Shown piece by piece: positions 20,392 to 30,273 of a stretch of 64,000 nt of DNA. The stretch lies in the IMG/VR virus record IMGVR_UViG_3300020519_000004; one strand, 5' to 3'. The position numbers were made by a program, and so were the translations under genes. Position 1 is the stretch's first letter, and each line of letters begins with the position of its first letter. The notes beneath the pieces are model-generated. The model was not told the origin of the DNA. It did no database searches and worked only from the letters and a program-made list of their open reading frames with translations. This DNA comes from an uncultured virus (IMG/VR IMGVR_UViG_3300020519_000004). Taxonomy: Duplodnaviria > Heunggongvirae > Uroviricota > Caudoviricetes.

Positions 20392-20750
20392 GAGTTTCTC
20401 CCTACTGAAAGTAGTTTCGCGCTCTGCCGAGCTTTCTGGATAAATGGAAAGGACATGGATCTACGCTTCGCGCAGAGGTGCATAGGGACATCCGTAACGC
20501 CTACGTTGACCTTAAGGGTAGCATCACAGTGGTCACACAACCATTGGCTTGGGGCTGGAATATAAAACTTGTACGTTCTATCAGAATCCTTAATAGTCTT
20601 AACCGCTTTCACCGAAGGACTACTAACATGCTCAACTTCTTCTTGGGCATTTATCTCAGTGCATTCAGGGCAAAATATTGGTTTTCTGCCTCTGGTTCTT
20701 TCACGTTCCCACTTTTGTTCACAACGTGCACATTCTAATTTTTCTTTCAT
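20388..20750 (-). CDS. Zinc-finger protein
   Basis: CARC...CPEC and CDHC...HLC; GAGG SD. Confidence 0.65.
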   Translation of the reverse strand: MKEKLECARCEQKWERERTRGRKPIFCPECTEINAQEEVEHVSSPSVKAVKTIKDSDRTYKFYIPAPSQWLCDHCDATLKVNVGVTDVPMHLCAKRRSMSFPFIQKARQSAKLLSVGRNS

Positions 20751-20810
20751 AACTACCTCAAATATTGGTTAAACGCATAGTAAGGCTATTATAATACAGA
20801 TATAACAATT

Positions 20811-21269
20811 TTAAATCAACTTCAAAAGCTCATTTTCTGTTGGACTAATCATCGATATATCTACAAGGTATCCATCTGTAAATTTCAATTTATAAGTTAT
20901 ATAGATCCAATTTCTTTTAACATTTGGACCGCTGATCCTACTCAAATATCCATTTGCTCCTACCCCAAGATATTCTCCAGTATCCAATAAGTTGGAATCA
21001 TCTAGATACACAATCATGTCAGCTTCTATTATTCCATGATAATCAATTAATTCTTCAGGGCCCACTGGTTCTTTGTCGAACCAACTGCCTGGAGTCAAAT
21101 ACAATCTATTATCCTTAGATACTCTATAGTTATCTAAAGTGCAATTTAATTCTTTAGTCTGAAAAATGTTTTCCTCAAAAGATCTTTTAATAATCGAAAC
21201 AATAGATTGAGGAATATAATCAGGAATTGGCAACTCGCATTCTATCTCAACGTAATCATACATTCCCAT
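20811..21269 (-). CDS. Phage hypothetical protein
   Basis: MGMYDY...FQTK...FTDG pattern. Confidence 0.6.
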   Translation of the reverse strand: MGMYDYVEIECELPIPDYIPQSIVSIIKRSFEENIFQTKELNCTLDNYRVSKDNRLYLTPGSWFDKEPVGPEELIDYHGIIEADMIVYLDDSNLLDTGEYLGVGANGYLSRISGPNVKRNWIYITYKLKFTDGYLVDISMISPTENELLKLI

Positions 21270-21703
21270 TATTTGTTTTCCTTAACTTTAATAACTTTAT
21301 GATAATAGTTTCTAGCATAAGAATTTAATTTATCTTTACTCTTATCTCGATACGCTTTAAGTCTTTGTCTAAAAGCAAAAACGCAAATATCACACCTACA
21401 TTTATGATCCCTGTAATATTTATCAGAGCCATGAGTTGTTGGCTTTTTTGCTTTTTGCTCAAGAGTACTTTTAGCTATATGGCAAGTATTACATAAAGCT
21501 TGGCATTTAGCAAGTTCGTAATCTCTTAATTCTTGGTTTCTTGTCCAAATACGATTGATTTGATATTCTTTAGTAGAAGGATCAATATGATCAATTTCTA
21601 AATTATCCCAAGTTCCACAACTGACACAAGGGCCATTATCCGAAAGCCATAGCTGCCTTCGTTGCTGCACTCGTATTTTTATTTTTTCATATCGATCTGA
21701 CAT
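21269..21703 (-). CDS. HNH endonuclease
   Basis: CVSCG..LEIDHIDP..KCQALCNTCH; likely start MSDRY (ORF-track extension overlaps tRNA). Confidence 0.85.
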   Translation of the reverse strand: MSDRYEKIKIRVQQRRQLWLSDNGPCVSCGTWDNLEIDHIDPSTKEYQINRIWTRNQELRDYELAKCQALCNTCHIAKSTLEQKAKKPTTHGSDKYYRDHKCRCDICVFAFRQRLKAYRDKSKDKLNSYARNYYHKVIKVKENK

Positions 21704-21715
21704 ACCGTATCCTTT

Positions 21716-21789
21716 TGGAGCGGGTAGGGAGAATCGAACTCCCACAAACAGGTCGGAAACATGTTGGTCTACCATTAACGTATACCCGC
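21716..21789 (-). tRNA. tRNA-Gly(TCC)
   Basis: GCGGGTA/TACCCGC acceptor, loop TTTCCGA, TTCGATT, encoded CCA; one anticodon-stem mismatch. Confidence 0.85.
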
Positions 21790-21894
21790 GTTAACAGGTA
21801 TAGTATAGCACGCTGTCTCTTTCTGTATGCGATCCTTAAGACGCAAAAAAGAATTGATCGCTTCTTTTCTGACACTTTAGAATGTATATGTATT

Positions 21895-22113
21895 TTATAT
21901 CAGATCAGAAGCATTAATGGATAACGCTCCAAAAACATCTACTGCTATTTTATTAACATCATGAGGTAAACATAGATAAGGATTTTGAATCTTAGCGTAG
22001 TAAGAAGAATCATCGACAAGAGAAAAACTATTATCCCAGGCAGCTAAATAAGAATTATGCTTCCTGTTCTTTCTGCTTTTCTTCGCCAATTTCTTCACCT
22101 TTACTATAGACAA
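21895..22113 (-). CDS. Hypothetical protein
   Basis: ORF. Confidence 0.4.
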   Translation of the reverse strand: MSIVKVKKLAKKSRKNRKHNSYLAAWDNSFSLVDDSSYYAKIQNPYLCLPHDVNKIAVDVFGALSINASDLI

Positions 22114-22354
22114 TTACTGAAGACTTGCCAACTCTGGCTATAACTTCAGCTTCATGTTTGTTTCGAATATTAGTATTAAAATAATTTCCAACAGACGGAG
22201 AAGCAATTAGGGAATTATACATCTCCATAGTTATGGACTTATATAACCAAATGCTACCCGTACCAAATGTCACAATGAGTGAATTAGATTTTTCATCATA
22301 AGCTAAATGCTTTATGAATGAAGAGTCTACAAAGAATTTTTCATGTTTTGTCAT
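22055..22354 (-). CDS. KTSC-domain protein
   Basis: VDSSFIKHLAYD...F..G..Y...ASPSVGNYFNTNIR; likely start after tRNA. Confidence 0.85.
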   Translation of the reverse strand: MTKHEKFFVDSSFIKHLAYDEKSNSLIVTFGTGSIWLYKSITMEMYNSLIASPSVGNYFNTNIRNKHEAEVIARVGKSSVIVYSKGEEIGEEKQKEQEA

Positions 22355-22357
22355 TAG

Positions 22358-22431
22358 CGCCTCCGGTACGATTTGAACGTACGACCTAAACATTAGAAGT
22401 GTTTTGCTCTATCCAGCTGAGCTACAGAGGC
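22358..22431 (-). tRNA. tRNA-Arg(TCT)
   Basis: Full cloverleaf, loop CTTCTAA; ends G-CTA. Confidence 0.9.
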
Positions 22432-22883
22432 TAAATTGATCTGTGTGGAGTGTATGGATAATTATACCTTATAGAAGTCTGATCATCAATCAATAAGTTC
22501 ATTTCAATAACATTTTCTTTATCTTTAACCTGATAAAAGAAACCATTATTCCAATAAGCACCTTCTACAATAAATCCTTTTATCTTATCTAAATAACCAA
22601 CTTCTTGCCAAAAGTTATTATTGTCCATTCTGTATCTAAAAATACCCAATGGAGCAGATGCCCAGATAGTAGGACTATTGGGATCGAGATGCGTTAAAAA
22701 CACTTGTCCCTGGCTGCTGGTAAACAACTTGGTTAGATGAGAGATAACATCAAATGAATAATCTTTTGTAGAATAAACATGCCACGGTTTATATAGAATA
22801 TAATCTCGTAGAAAGTAATAAGAGTTTTCTGGACTAAAGCTAGAGTCTTTACTGCCTATGCTGTCTACAAGATTATGTATCAT
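22431..22883 (-). CDS. Hypothetical protein
   Basis: ORF. Confidence 0.55.
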   Translation of the reverse strand: MIHNLVDSIGSKDSSFSPENSYYFLRDYILYKPWHVYSTKDYSFDVISHLTKLFTSSQGQVFLTHLDPNSPTIWASAPLGIFRYRMDNNNFWQEVGYLDKIKGFIVEGAYWNNGFFYQVKDKENVIEMNLLIDDQTSIRYNYPYTPHRSI

Positions 22884-22884
22884 G

Positions 22885-23280
22885 TTAATCGTTGTTTTCT
22901 AAAATCTTTTGATGCGAGCTTTCGGTTAAGATAAGCTTAACATACAACATCCTTTGCTCAATTGCAGTTAAAAATCTTATTGCACCCATTCGCCATTTGT
23001 TCGATTCTACAAAATGCTTGTTCATTTCAATTTTATTATCATCAGTCAGTTCAATAACTTTTATCTTATCTTTTGACTTCTGAGAAGCAAGTTGAAACTC
23101 TACATCTTTTCGTATGATCCTTAATTGGAACATCCATAAATTTATATTATTTAATAACACAGAAGTTTCTTCTTCAGAAGTTTCATTCTTTATATCTTTT
23201 AAGACTAAAGCATTAAACTTCTGCAGTTGATCTGGTGTTAAATTTTCAAAGTATTCGTTAGACCATATGTCTGTAATCAT
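22885..23280 (-). CDS. Hypothetical protein
   Basis: ORF. Confidence 0.55.
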   Translation of the reverse strand: MITDIWSNEYFENLTPDQLQKFNALVLKDIKNETSEEETSVLLNNINLWMFQLRIIRKDVEFQLASQKSKDKIKVIELTDDNKIEMNKHFVESNKWRMGAIRFLTAIEQRMLYVKLILTESSHQKILENND

Positions 23281-24026
23281 GATATTTTTTCTTCCTTATT
23301 AACAAAGGTATGTGCGGTTTTTATATCAGATAAAAGATGATCAGAAACTGACTGACCAGCCTTTAAAGCGTATGCTGGAGAATACGTGGTTATAATTGGC
23401 CAGTAACCTAACCAGTTTACAGTACCACGATAATCTTTAATTTTGATTTCAGAGCCAAACAATGTGTATGCAGGTAAAGATCCTAATGTTACAATCAATT
23501 TAGGATTTAAAAGTTGAATCTCAGTATGTAAATAAGGAGAACAATTAAATATTTCTTGATTAGTAAATTTTCTTTTTACTGGACATCTATTAACGTAAGT
23601 TAGACAAACCTTAGTAGAGTCAAATCCAGCTTCTTTTAAAAACTTTAAAAGTAAACTTACCACGTCTTGCTGCATATTGGGTGAATCTATTACAAACAAA
23701 ACGTCTGGATTAGTTACATTCCATTTTGGAAGTTCCGGACTAATGGATCCAATATCACATTTGCTACAATTCTTAGTGACTGTATGAAAGTCTTTGATCT
23801 TGTAATTAACTTTTCTAGAAAGAAGTTCTGAACGAATATCCTTAAATAGAGTTGTTAATGCGGAGTCGTGAATTAAACCAGTTAAGTTATTATAAACGAT
23901 TTCTAGAAGCTCTGTCTCCATAAACCCCAAGTGTAATCCTGATTTAGGAATAAACTTAGAATCGCCTGAAGACAGAGCTTCTTCGATCAAAGAATTCAGT
24001 TCAGCTTCGCTGAATTCTAAATCCAT
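23277..24026 (-). CDS. Uracil-DNA glycosylase family 4-like (degenerate)
   Basis: CxxC, VNRCP, CSPYL..EIQLLNPKLIVTLG; YSPAY instead of HPA. Confidence 0.75.
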   Translation of the reverse strand: MDLEFSEAELNSLIEEALSSGDSKFIPKSGLHLGFMETELLEIVYNNLTGLIHDSALTTLFKDIRSELLSRKVNYKIKDFHTVTKNCSKCDIGSISPELPKWNVTNPDVLFVIDSPNMQQDVVSLLLKFLKEAGFDSTKVCLTYVNRCPVKRKFTNQEIFNCSPYLHTEIQLLNPKLIVTLGSLPAYTLFGSEIKIKDYRGTVNWLGYWPIITTYSPAYALKAGQSVSDHLLSDIKTAHTFVNKEEKIS

Positions 24027-24475
24027 TAGAACTGGCTAGGAACCGAATTAAATTCTTCAGTTGAAGAGGTAGCTCCTGTAGCTGTTGTCGTTGTTCCAGT
24101 AGCTGTAGCAGTCTTTGGTGCACCGCCGCTCATGATATACGAAACAGATTCAGCAACTACAACAACACGTGAACGGTTGTTATTGTCCTGCTGCCAACGC
24201 TCTTGTACCAAACGTCCAACTAGTTGAATCGATGAACCCTTCTTCATTTTTCCAGAAGTAATTTGGGTGTGTAAGAAAGACGCATTCTTTGTTGCAAAGT
24301 CATTACCATCTTTGAGGTAATATACTATGTCAAAGTAGCCTGAATTATTTTGGCTTCCTTTTTCGGAACCAGCATAATCAACTGCCATTCTGAACTTTGC
24401 AATTTTATCGTTAATAAGTTCTGGATCGGAGACTACTCCACCAGTAAGGCTTATTACATTTTTTGGGTCTATCAT
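24026..24475 (-). CDS. ssb: Single-stranded DNA-binding protein
   Basis: OB-fold pattern (LTG..DPEL, KKGS..VGRL..W, RSRVVVVAE), tail ending in F. Confidence 0.85.
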   Translation of the reverse strand: MIDPKNVISLTGGVVSDPELINDKIAKFRMAVDYAGSEKGSQNNSGYFDIVYYLKDGNDFATKNASFLHTQITSGKMKKGSSIQLVGRLVQERWQQDNNNRSRVVVVAESVSYIMSGGAPKTATATGTTTTATGATSSTEEFNSVPSQF

Positions 24476-24508
24476 ATTTTTTCTCCAATAGTGGTTTATG
24501 TGTTTTGG

Positions 24509-24748
24509 TTATTTATTTTCTTCACCGTCAAGAACGGTTTGAAAGTTGTTAATTATTTCTTGCAGATAAAGTATACAATACTTCATTGCCTCAGTAGGTC
24601 CTACTTTTGTAGACAAATGATTATACAGACTTATAAAAAGACTAAATATTCCAGACTTTAATTCTTGGATACTATCGCTTGAAGTCGTTTCATCTATCTT
24701 TGGAACTAAAGAGTTTTGCTGTTGATCTGTATGTTCATTATTGGACAT
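24509..24748 (-). CDS. Hypothetical protein
   Basis: ORF. Confidence 0.5.
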   Translation of the reverse strand: MSNNEHTDQQQNSLVPKIDETTSSDSIQELKSGIFSLFISLYNHLSTKVGPTEAMKYCILYLQEIINNFQTVLDGEENK

Positions 24749-25046
24749 TATTAGTATTCCTTCTTGATATTACATTATCAATCATTTCGCCAAGAAACTT
24801 TGTATCCCTATACCCTTTATCATAAAGAATGGATATAATTGGTTTAGGATCAATTAAATTATAAGTAATTAATTGTAAATTAAAAATATCATTTAAAGTA
24901 TATACCCTATAACTATTCATGTCTCTTCGAGGTTCAGGATACTTATTGCTTTTTTCTCTATTAGCAATAGTTAAAGAAGAAACATTTAAAATTTGAGCAA
25001 TTTCAGATCTAGTAAACATTGGTTCTGCTGTTTTATTTTTGGCCAT
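24738..25046 (-). CDS. MerR-like HTH DNA-binding protein
   Basis: FTRSEIAQILNVSSLTIANRE...PRRDMNSYRVYT. Confidence 0.75.
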   Translation of the reverse strand: MAKNKTAEPMFTRSEIAQILNVSSLTIANREKSNKYPEPRRDMNSYRVYTLNDIFNLQLITYNLIDPKPIISILYDKGYRDTKFLGEMIDNVISRRNTNNVQ

Positions 25047-25107
25047 TTTTTAATACCTTTTTAAAAGTTTATATGACTCTATATAGTATCATTAAAAATA
25101 TGCAAAA

Positions 25108-26160
25108 TCAAATTAGATCAGAATTTTTTAAAGAATTAAGCGACTCAAGAAAACTCTTATCAATGCTAGCTGAACCCATTATAGGGGATTCTTCACCGTC
25201 TAAAAATGCGTGAATCATTTGACGATACGTTTGAGATTCATTATAGAGATCTGAAACATCAATAGATTCAGAAGGATCATCGCAACTAGTGTCTAGGTCA
25301 AAACGTTCTGGATCGTGTTCATAATAATACCCTCTGTCACTTTCAAAAGTTTGAGTTAAGGAAGGATTGGGCCAATTAAGATCTAAGACATTGTCTAAGT
25401 CTAGAGATTCCCAGTCTCTTAAAACACCTTGAATATGAGTTGGAGTCATTCCTCTATAATACCCGTGAGTATTAACATTTTGTCCTAAATTTGAATAACT
25501 AGTCATAAGCTCAACTGGTTTCTTTTGCCTAATAACATGATAAAAGTTTTCAGTTAAATCATGATTAAAGCCAGTATTCCAAATCCAATCATAAGCAGAA
25601 GCTATGACTCCAGACAAGTCTTTTGAATAGCCATCTACATCATTCATATTATCAAACATAGGCCTGCATAGTAGTCCATTAGTAAAGAAATTAGGAATTG
25701 GCGGCATGTAAATATTTTGCTCTGGAGAATTCAAAGAAGACTTCATAAAATACATTCGAACAGAATTACAAAAATATTTATTAGGATCATAAGTCATTAT
25801 ATACAACTGCCAAGGAATTGCAATTCTATAAACATGAATTGGAGTATCATCATTTAAGTTGCTGACGTTTTGAGGAGCATATTGAATTACCTGGTAAGAA
25901 GGAGGACGCTCAAAGACAACAACGCCATTAGAATGATACTTAATAGCTGGAGGAACAATATTGGAAACAAGTTGTTTTTTATTATTATCAATAATAGACT
26001 TGATAAATCCTTTATTAATATTTAACTGTTTATTTAAATTAAAATTATAATCAATATTATAAGAATTATAACTTAAAGAGATGTCTGCAGTTGGATTTTC
26101 GTCCCATATGCTGTGATTTTTTTCAAATGAAATGTAAGAATATTTAAATTTAGAAATCAT
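25108..26160 (-). CDS. Prokaryotic E2-like protein (E2 family D / PRTRC B-like) #3
   Basis: FERPP, IPW, PPIPNFFTNGLLC, WNTGFNHDL. Confidence 0.65.
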   Translation of the reverse strand: MISKFKYSYISFEKNHSIWDENPTADISLSYNSYNIDYNFNLNKQLNINKGFIKSIIDNNKKQLVSNIVPPAIKYHSNGVVVFERPPSYQVIQYAPQNVSNLNDDTPIHVYRIAIPWQLYIMTYDPNKYFCNSVRMYFMKSSLNSPEQNIYMPPIPNFFTNGLLCRPMFDNMNDVDGYSKDLSGVIASAYDWIWNTGFNHDLTENFYHVIRQKKPVELMTSYSNLGQNVNTHGYYRGMTPTHIQGVLRDWESLDLDNVLDLNWPNPSLTQTFESDRGYYYEHDPERFDLDTSCDDPSESIDVSDLYNESQTYRQMIHAFLDGEESPIMGSASIDKSFLESLNSLKNSDLI

Positions 26161-26161
26161 A

Positions 26162-27484
26162 TTAACTCTTTTCTTCTAAGGCAGAATTAGCATATTCTTT
26201 AACATTAACAATGTCATCGAAATTAGATTCTATTCTTTGAGATTCAGTTGAACCTTGAAGAATATTGTTTGCAATAACTTCTAATGAAGACTTTACAAAA
26301 GAAAGAAATAGGTCTTCATTTTCATCAACTAATTGTTTTGCTATATTTTCGCAAAGAGTATTAGAATAAATAGAAGAATGATTTTCAATTGATTCACGTG
26401 AAGTAAGTTCATTTTGATTGATTAAACCATTTATAATAAGTTCTTTTGAAAAAGAAATAACTATAGACCAATCAACGCCAGTTTTAACAGAACTAGAATT
26501 AGATAGATAAATAGAACGTATTAGAGATGTAATAACTTCTCTTTCACTCATTTGATCTTTAGCTCTTTCTTGAGAAAGAACATTTTCAATGGTGTAAGAT
26601 GCTCTATTTGTTCTTTTATATTCGCCAACAGCATGTAAAACTTCTGGCAAATCCATTAAACTCCAAGTAAGATATGCGTTTTTTATTTTTGTTGATTCTC
26701 TAGATCGATTGTTTTTAACATCTCTAATTTTAACTTTTGCTTTAGCAGCTCTAGCGGCTAAGTCTGGATCATGTAAAGGATCAGTTGTAAATTTACCAAT
26801 AGAAAAGTTGCAAATATTATAAATATGACCGCCACCTAAATCTAAATTCCAACCGCCATTAAAATAATCATTTATTAAATAATGATATACTTCACTAACA
26901 TTTTTAGGATTTATAGATTTTTGGGAAACTGCATCCATAAAATTAGCAGTAGTTTGACCTAAGCAAATGTCTCCAGTATGATGAAAGTTTGGAGTCCATG
27001 GAGTAATTAAATTATCTTGATAAGAAGATAATGGACCATCATTGTATAGCATTCTTAAAGAAGGAATAGGATTTTTTTCAGTGGGCATTGTCAAAATAGA
27101 AACAGTCCAGGGAATCCAAACTTCACAAAGAATAGAAGCTTCACCCTTAACCCTATTAGCCCTTAAAGAACTAAGTCTAACAGATGTTTTAAAAGGAGGA
27201 CGCTCAATTACGTATGTATCGTTTTCAATTCCCCTTATAGCAATTGGCATTGGTGCGCCTGTTAAATCAGTAATATAATTTGCGTCTTGCTGAACACTTC
27301 TTGCAAAATCGCGCCAAGAAAATTGATAGCTATTTCCAACAACTTTTAAAGTAACAGAATTTATACTTTTGTTAGAATCAGGAGTTGGATCCTTTGTTAC
27401 TCTCACTTGCCAAGCATCTAGTGCAACTAGATTGTTAGTATTTGATTCAGATTGCTTGAAGTACTTTATTGTTTTGAACGACAT
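26162..27484 (-). CDS. Prokaryotic E2-like protein #2
   Basis: IERPP, IPW, PWTPNFHHTGDICLG, FNGGWNLDL. Confidence 0.65.
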   Translation of the reverse strand: MSFKTIKYFKQSESNTNNLVALDAWQVRVTKDPTPDSNKSINSVTLKVVGNSYQFSWRDFARSVQQDANYITDLTGAPMPIAIRGIENDTYVIERPPFKTSVRLSSLRANRVKGEASILCEVWIPWTVSILTMPTEKNPIPSLRMLYNDGPLSSYQDNLITPWTPNFHHTGDICLGQTTANFMDAVSQKSINPKNVSEVYHYLINDYFNGGWNLDLGGGHIYNICNFSIGKFTTDPLHDPDLAARAAKAKVKIRDVKNNRSRESTKIKNAYLTWSLMDLPEVLHAVGEYKRTNRASYTIENVLSQERAKDQMSEREVITSLIRSIYLSNSSSVKTGVDWSIVISFSKELIINGLINQNELTSRESIENHSSIYSNTLCENIAKQLVDENEDLFLSFVKSSLEVIANNILQGSTESQRIESNFDDIVNVKEYANSALEEKS

Positions 27485-28421
27485 AAGAGTCCTTAGGAAG
27501 TAAATTAGAAATATAACTATTCTTTGATTTTATATTAACAGAAACAGCATTGGGATCAGAAACCGCATAAGAATAAGTAGTTTCTATATTATAATCTTCT
27601 TTATAAGAATCTAATAAATGATTAAGCTTAGTTAAAATTTCTTCGTACAAATTAGATTTATCTTTAGGAAAAGATATTGAATCATAACTTAAAGTAGAAA
27701 ATACAACATTAGTAGATGTGTTAACTATATCTACTTTGTAAATATTTTCCAAAGTTCTATATAAAACAGCGTCTACATTAAAAGAATTACCACTTGTTTT
27801 ATGGGTAAGAAGATTAGTGTAAATAACTTTTTGATCAGGTTGATAACCAGAGCAAGTAACTATAAAATGAGGAGAAGAAATACCAGAGGTAAACATACAA
27901 GGTGTTGGATTAACTGAACCCTTGGTAAATGCTTCATTGGAACAAGTAGAACCTTTAGCCAAGTTCGCATATTGATAATAATCTGAAACTTGTTGGCTAG
28001 AGGTCAAATAAGAACATTGACGGATAGAAGAAGTGTCTACCTTGATCTTAAAAAATAACTCACATTCAAAAGAAAACATTCTATACTGTGGATTGTAAGT
28101 GGTCCAATTAGGAATTTTACTATCAAAATTAGGAACTTGTCTAAAAATTTCTGAATTAGATTTTAATATGTATTGTTTAAATATTGTTTCAATATTATCA
28201 CTTACACTGCTAATTGTAGTGTTATCTGGAATATTGTAAATAATATTAAATGTTAAATCAGAAATTAAAGATGAATCAGATTCTTTTATTGCTACATAAG
28301 ATTGATATGTACTAACTGTATCCCAGTAACAATAGTTAATTGGAATATCTCCATTGAAAACAAAATTAACTTTAATACCACTAGTTAAAGTATGTTTAAA
28401 ATCTTCTCTACTCATTATCAT
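27447..28421 (-). CDS. Hypothetical protein
   Basis: ORF in Ubl operon. Confidence 0.55.
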   Translation of the reverse strand: MIMSREDFKHTLTSGIKVNFVFNGDIPINYCYWDTVSTYQSYVAIKESDSSLISDLTFNIIYNIPDNTTISSVSDNIETIFKQYILKSNSEIFRQVPNFDSKIPNWTTYNPQYRMFSFECELFFKIKVDTSSIRQCSYLTSSQQVSDYYQYANLAKGSTCSNEAFTKGSVNPTPCMFTSGISSPHFIVTCSGYQPDQKVIYTNLLTHKTSGNSFNVDAVLYRTLENIYKVDIVNTSTNVVFSTLSYDSISFPKDKSNLYEEILTKLNHLLDSYKEDYNIETTYSYAVSDPNAVSVNIKSKNSYISNLLPKDSYVVQNNKVLQAI

Positions 28422-29059
28422 CTCCAGGTATGCGTAGTATTATTTATAAGTTGAGTTTCTAAAATTTCTATTTTTTTTTCAAGAAACTTAGAATAGGATT
28501 GAGAAGATTCAACTTTGTCTAACAAAAACTTAATGTCGTTTTCTTGTTTAGCTAAATGATCTGTAGCTTGAACAAGTAACTGAGACATTGTAGAATAATT
28601 AACTTCCAATGACTTAATTACGTTAAAATCATTTTCTGAAAAATAAACAGGTTTAATCAAAAGGCATTTGCCAGCACCAGAACCAATTTGCATTATTCTA
28701 TTATTCTTTTTCATGTAAGAATAATAGGAGTTCATAACACTAGGTAAAACATTCGAATAAAAAGTTTTAAAAAAATGATTTTTAGAAAATGGATAAATCA
28801 TTTGAAAAACTTCTGGATATTCAGTTATCCCATAGTTAAGATGATCGTTTGTTAGTTCACCGTGTTCAGTAACATATGAAGCAACATACTCATCGTAAGT
28901 ATGATTAGCTGATGCAACATGCCTTAAATAATCAATCCGATCATTTATAATGCAGTTGTGCGTAAATTGATCCAAAGGCAAAAGTTCATTTGTATTATTT
29001 AAAATACTATCAATAATTTCATTTGCTTGGGTAAGATCTGTAATGCTATTTATAATCAT
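28418..29059 (-). CDS. Hypothetical protein with C-terminal coiled coil
   Basis: ORF. Confidence 0.55.
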   Translation of the reverse strand: MIINSITDLTQANEIIDSILNNTNELLPLDQFTHNCIINDRIDYLRHVASANHTYDEYVASYVTEHGELTNDHLNYGITEYPEVFQMIYPFSKNHFFKTFYSNVLPSVMNSYYSYMKKNNRIMQIGSGAGKCLLIKPVYFSENDFNVIKSLEVNYSTMSQLLVQATDHLAKQENDIKFLLDKVESSQSYSKFLEKKIEILETQLINNTTHTWR

Positions 29060-29331
29060 AAAACCTCAATTGAATGGAATTCTAATGTGTTATTTTTCAT
29101 GAAAAACATCAAAGAAGAAGAAAGCAAATGAATAGATTGCATTTCTGGATACAAAGATTTAACTACTGGATATATAATACGCAGTGAAGATAACGTATTA
29201 ACCAACTCTAAAGAATTGGGATCAACAAATAAAACAGATACTGTATTATTCGGTGGTGTCAGGAGACTTGGAATCAACCACGTCTTCAATGGCTGAGGCA
29301 AGTCTTGGATTTTGGTCTGCCACGATTCCAT
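29056..29331 (-). CDS. Hypothetical protein
   Basis: ORF, start uncertain. Confidence 0.4.
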   Translation of the reverse strand: MESWQTKIQDLPQPLKTWLIPSLLTPPNNTVSVLFVDPNSLELVNTLSSLRIIYPVVKSLYPEMQSIHLLSSSLMFFMKNNTLEFHSIEVL

Positions 29332-29635
29332 TAGCGCCTTCCTTCATAATGTTAAACATCTTCTGTCGTGCATCATGGACAGAATCATGAAAGTTTCGTT
29401 TTGCCTCATCAGAAGCAAAGTTTAATTGACCCAATAAAGCTTCAATAAAAACAGCTTGTTCAGCAAATCCGGTAGCTAAGGTAGCAATCTGTTGTTCGTA
29501 AGATTCCATAACTTTATCTAATTTTTCAATTTTATTATCGAATTGAGCAGCCATTGCTAAAACAATATCATTAACTGTTTTTCTCAAAAGCTCAATATCT
29601 GTATAGTCTGGAATACTATTTTGTTCATCGCTCAT
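29246..29635 (-). CDS. Hypothetical coiled-coil protein
   Basis: ATGA-coupled ORF. Confidence 0.55.
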   Translation of the reverse strand: MSDEQNSIPDYTDIELLRKTVNDIVLAMAAQFDNKIEKLDKVMESYEQQIATLATGFAEQAVFIEALLGQLNFASDEAKRNFHDSVHDARQKMFNIMKEGANGIVADQNPRLASAIEDVVDSKSPDTTE

Positions 29636-30264
29636 ACTTCATACCAATCTGTTTTGTTGGTTACATGGGAAGACAAAGCAAGATCAACTAGATAGGATAT
29701 AGAATGTAATTCTTGCCTTGTAACCTTAATGCTATCAACAGAAATTGGTGATTTCATATCAGGAAGAAACGCACCACTATCAGTCTTCTTAGCGTTAAAA
29801 TGCCCAGTCTTAAAAACAAAAGCATCTTGGTCAAAAGTTTCATTATTTTGCCAATGATGAATTTTAAATATTCTACTAATCGGCTTACCTTGAACTTCAG
29901 CTCCACCATAGGAAACAAAACCTTCATCAGTAAGAACACCAGTCTTAGCATTAGCCTTATAAGCAAGCTTAGCAGTTCCGTTAATAACTGAACGAAGCCA
30001 TGCTGCAAAGTCTACAGCATCAACAAATACATGAGTGTTGCCAGCTAGCTTTCCATCGTTAGATATTTTACCAATATCAATTCTAAATTTCATTCCAGCA
30101 AACCATGGTCTTATCGAAAGAAAACCGCTTTGGGTTTTAGAACGAAACCATTTTTTATAAAGATCTTTTTCATAAGATTTTTCAGTTGATAACGGAGTAT
30201 CTGGTTTAAAATTTTCCTCAAACATGCCTTCATCAAACAATTGTTCTTGCTGTGCGTTGCTCAT
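29632..30264 (-). CDS. Hypothetical protein
   Basis: AAGGAG SD. Confidence 0.6.
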   Translation of the reverse strand: MSNAQQEQLFDEGMFEENFKPDTPLSTEKSYEKDLYKKWFRSKTQSGFLSIRPWFAGMKFRIDIGKISNDGKLAGNTHVFVDAVDFAAWLRSVINGTAKLAYKANAKTGVLTDEGFVSYGGAEVQGKPISRIFKIHHWQNNETFDQDAFVFKTGHFNAKKTDSGAFLPDMKSPISVDSIKVTRQELHSISYLVDLALSSHVTNKTDWYEV

Positions 30265-30273
30265 ATTAGCTCC

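Noticed and set aside
21687..21924. ORF-track ORFs overlapping tRNA-Gly, and N-terminal extensions through tRNA-Arg, -Asn and -Ile2
   Set aside because: Artefacts of reading through tRNA genes
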